DNA of 58,341 nt, from the NCBI GenBank assembly GCA_963748825.1, contig CAVVKN010000011.1, positions 1 through 58,341 on the forward strand, read 5' to 3'. A program made the position numbers and the translations under genes. Of the stretch, positions 58,086 through 58,341 are shown in pieces. Position 1 is the stretch's first letter; each line of letters starts with the position of its first letter. A model generated the notes under the pieces. That model was not told the DNA's origin. It worked only from the letters and a program-made list of their open reading frames with translations, and did not search any database. The stretch is from Methanotrichaceae archaeon. GTDB lineage: Archaea; Halobacteriota; Methanosarcinia; Methanotrichales; Methanotrichaceae.

Positions 58086-58341
58086 TCATCAGGATTTTAG
58101 GTGAGGGGCAGTTTCGGCTGGACGACAATCTTCTGGACCGGGTAAACAAGATCGACAATCAAATTGTAAATCACGTCTCCCAGGGCAACAAGAAAGAGTA
58201 TGCCAAGGATCTGGCCAATTTGATATCCGCCGTTAAAGAGCTGGCAGAGCCCCTCGATCCGGTCGAGATCTTACCCTCGGATATCATAATTCCTCAATCC
58301 GACATGTCGTTTGAGGAGGCCAGGCAGGTGTTCTGCGGCGA
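58082..58341 (+). CDS. PspA-associated protein (PspAA-like), partial
   Basis: ATGA overlap; MIIRILGEGQFRLDD...ILPSDIIIP..D.SFEEAR runs off the window. Confidence 0.8.
   Translation, partial: MIIRILGEGQFRLDDNLLDRVNKIDNQIVNHVSQGNKKEYAKDLANLISAVKELAEPLDPVEILPSDIIIPQSDMSFEEARQVFCG

Overview
Archaeal chromosomal segment, most likely from a Methanothrix/Methanosaeta-like methanogen (inferred from methanogenesis marker 8, archaeal GGPP synthase and geranylgeranyl reductase, DUF1699, archaeal-type purLQS and TATA-box promoters). Housekeeping blocks (DJ-1, MoxR/DUF58/LarA, lipid genes, PolX, purSQL, SNF2-SWIM, PspA-PspAA) alternate with AT-rich accessory patches, IS elements (IS481, IS21 fragment, IS200/605 derivative, IS66 with nested IS630, IS1634) and many decayed gene fragments. 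The standout is 42.1-51 kb. A degenerate tRNA-Leu(TAA) is followed by seven same-strand copies of a ~90-bp very GC-rich hairpin-forming repeat. These copies punctuate an array of self-contained cassettes: one Ig-like surface protein, one empty module, and five toxin-antitoxin pairs (DUF2281-PIN, DUF4258-YgiT, RelE-type toxin plus a 58-aa partner, HicB-HicA, and AbrB with a truncated PIN). The layout resembles an integron cassette array, but the repeat lacks attC core motifs and no integrase is in the window, so it is a candidate undescribed cassette-array system. All family assignments come from motif recognition, not database searches.
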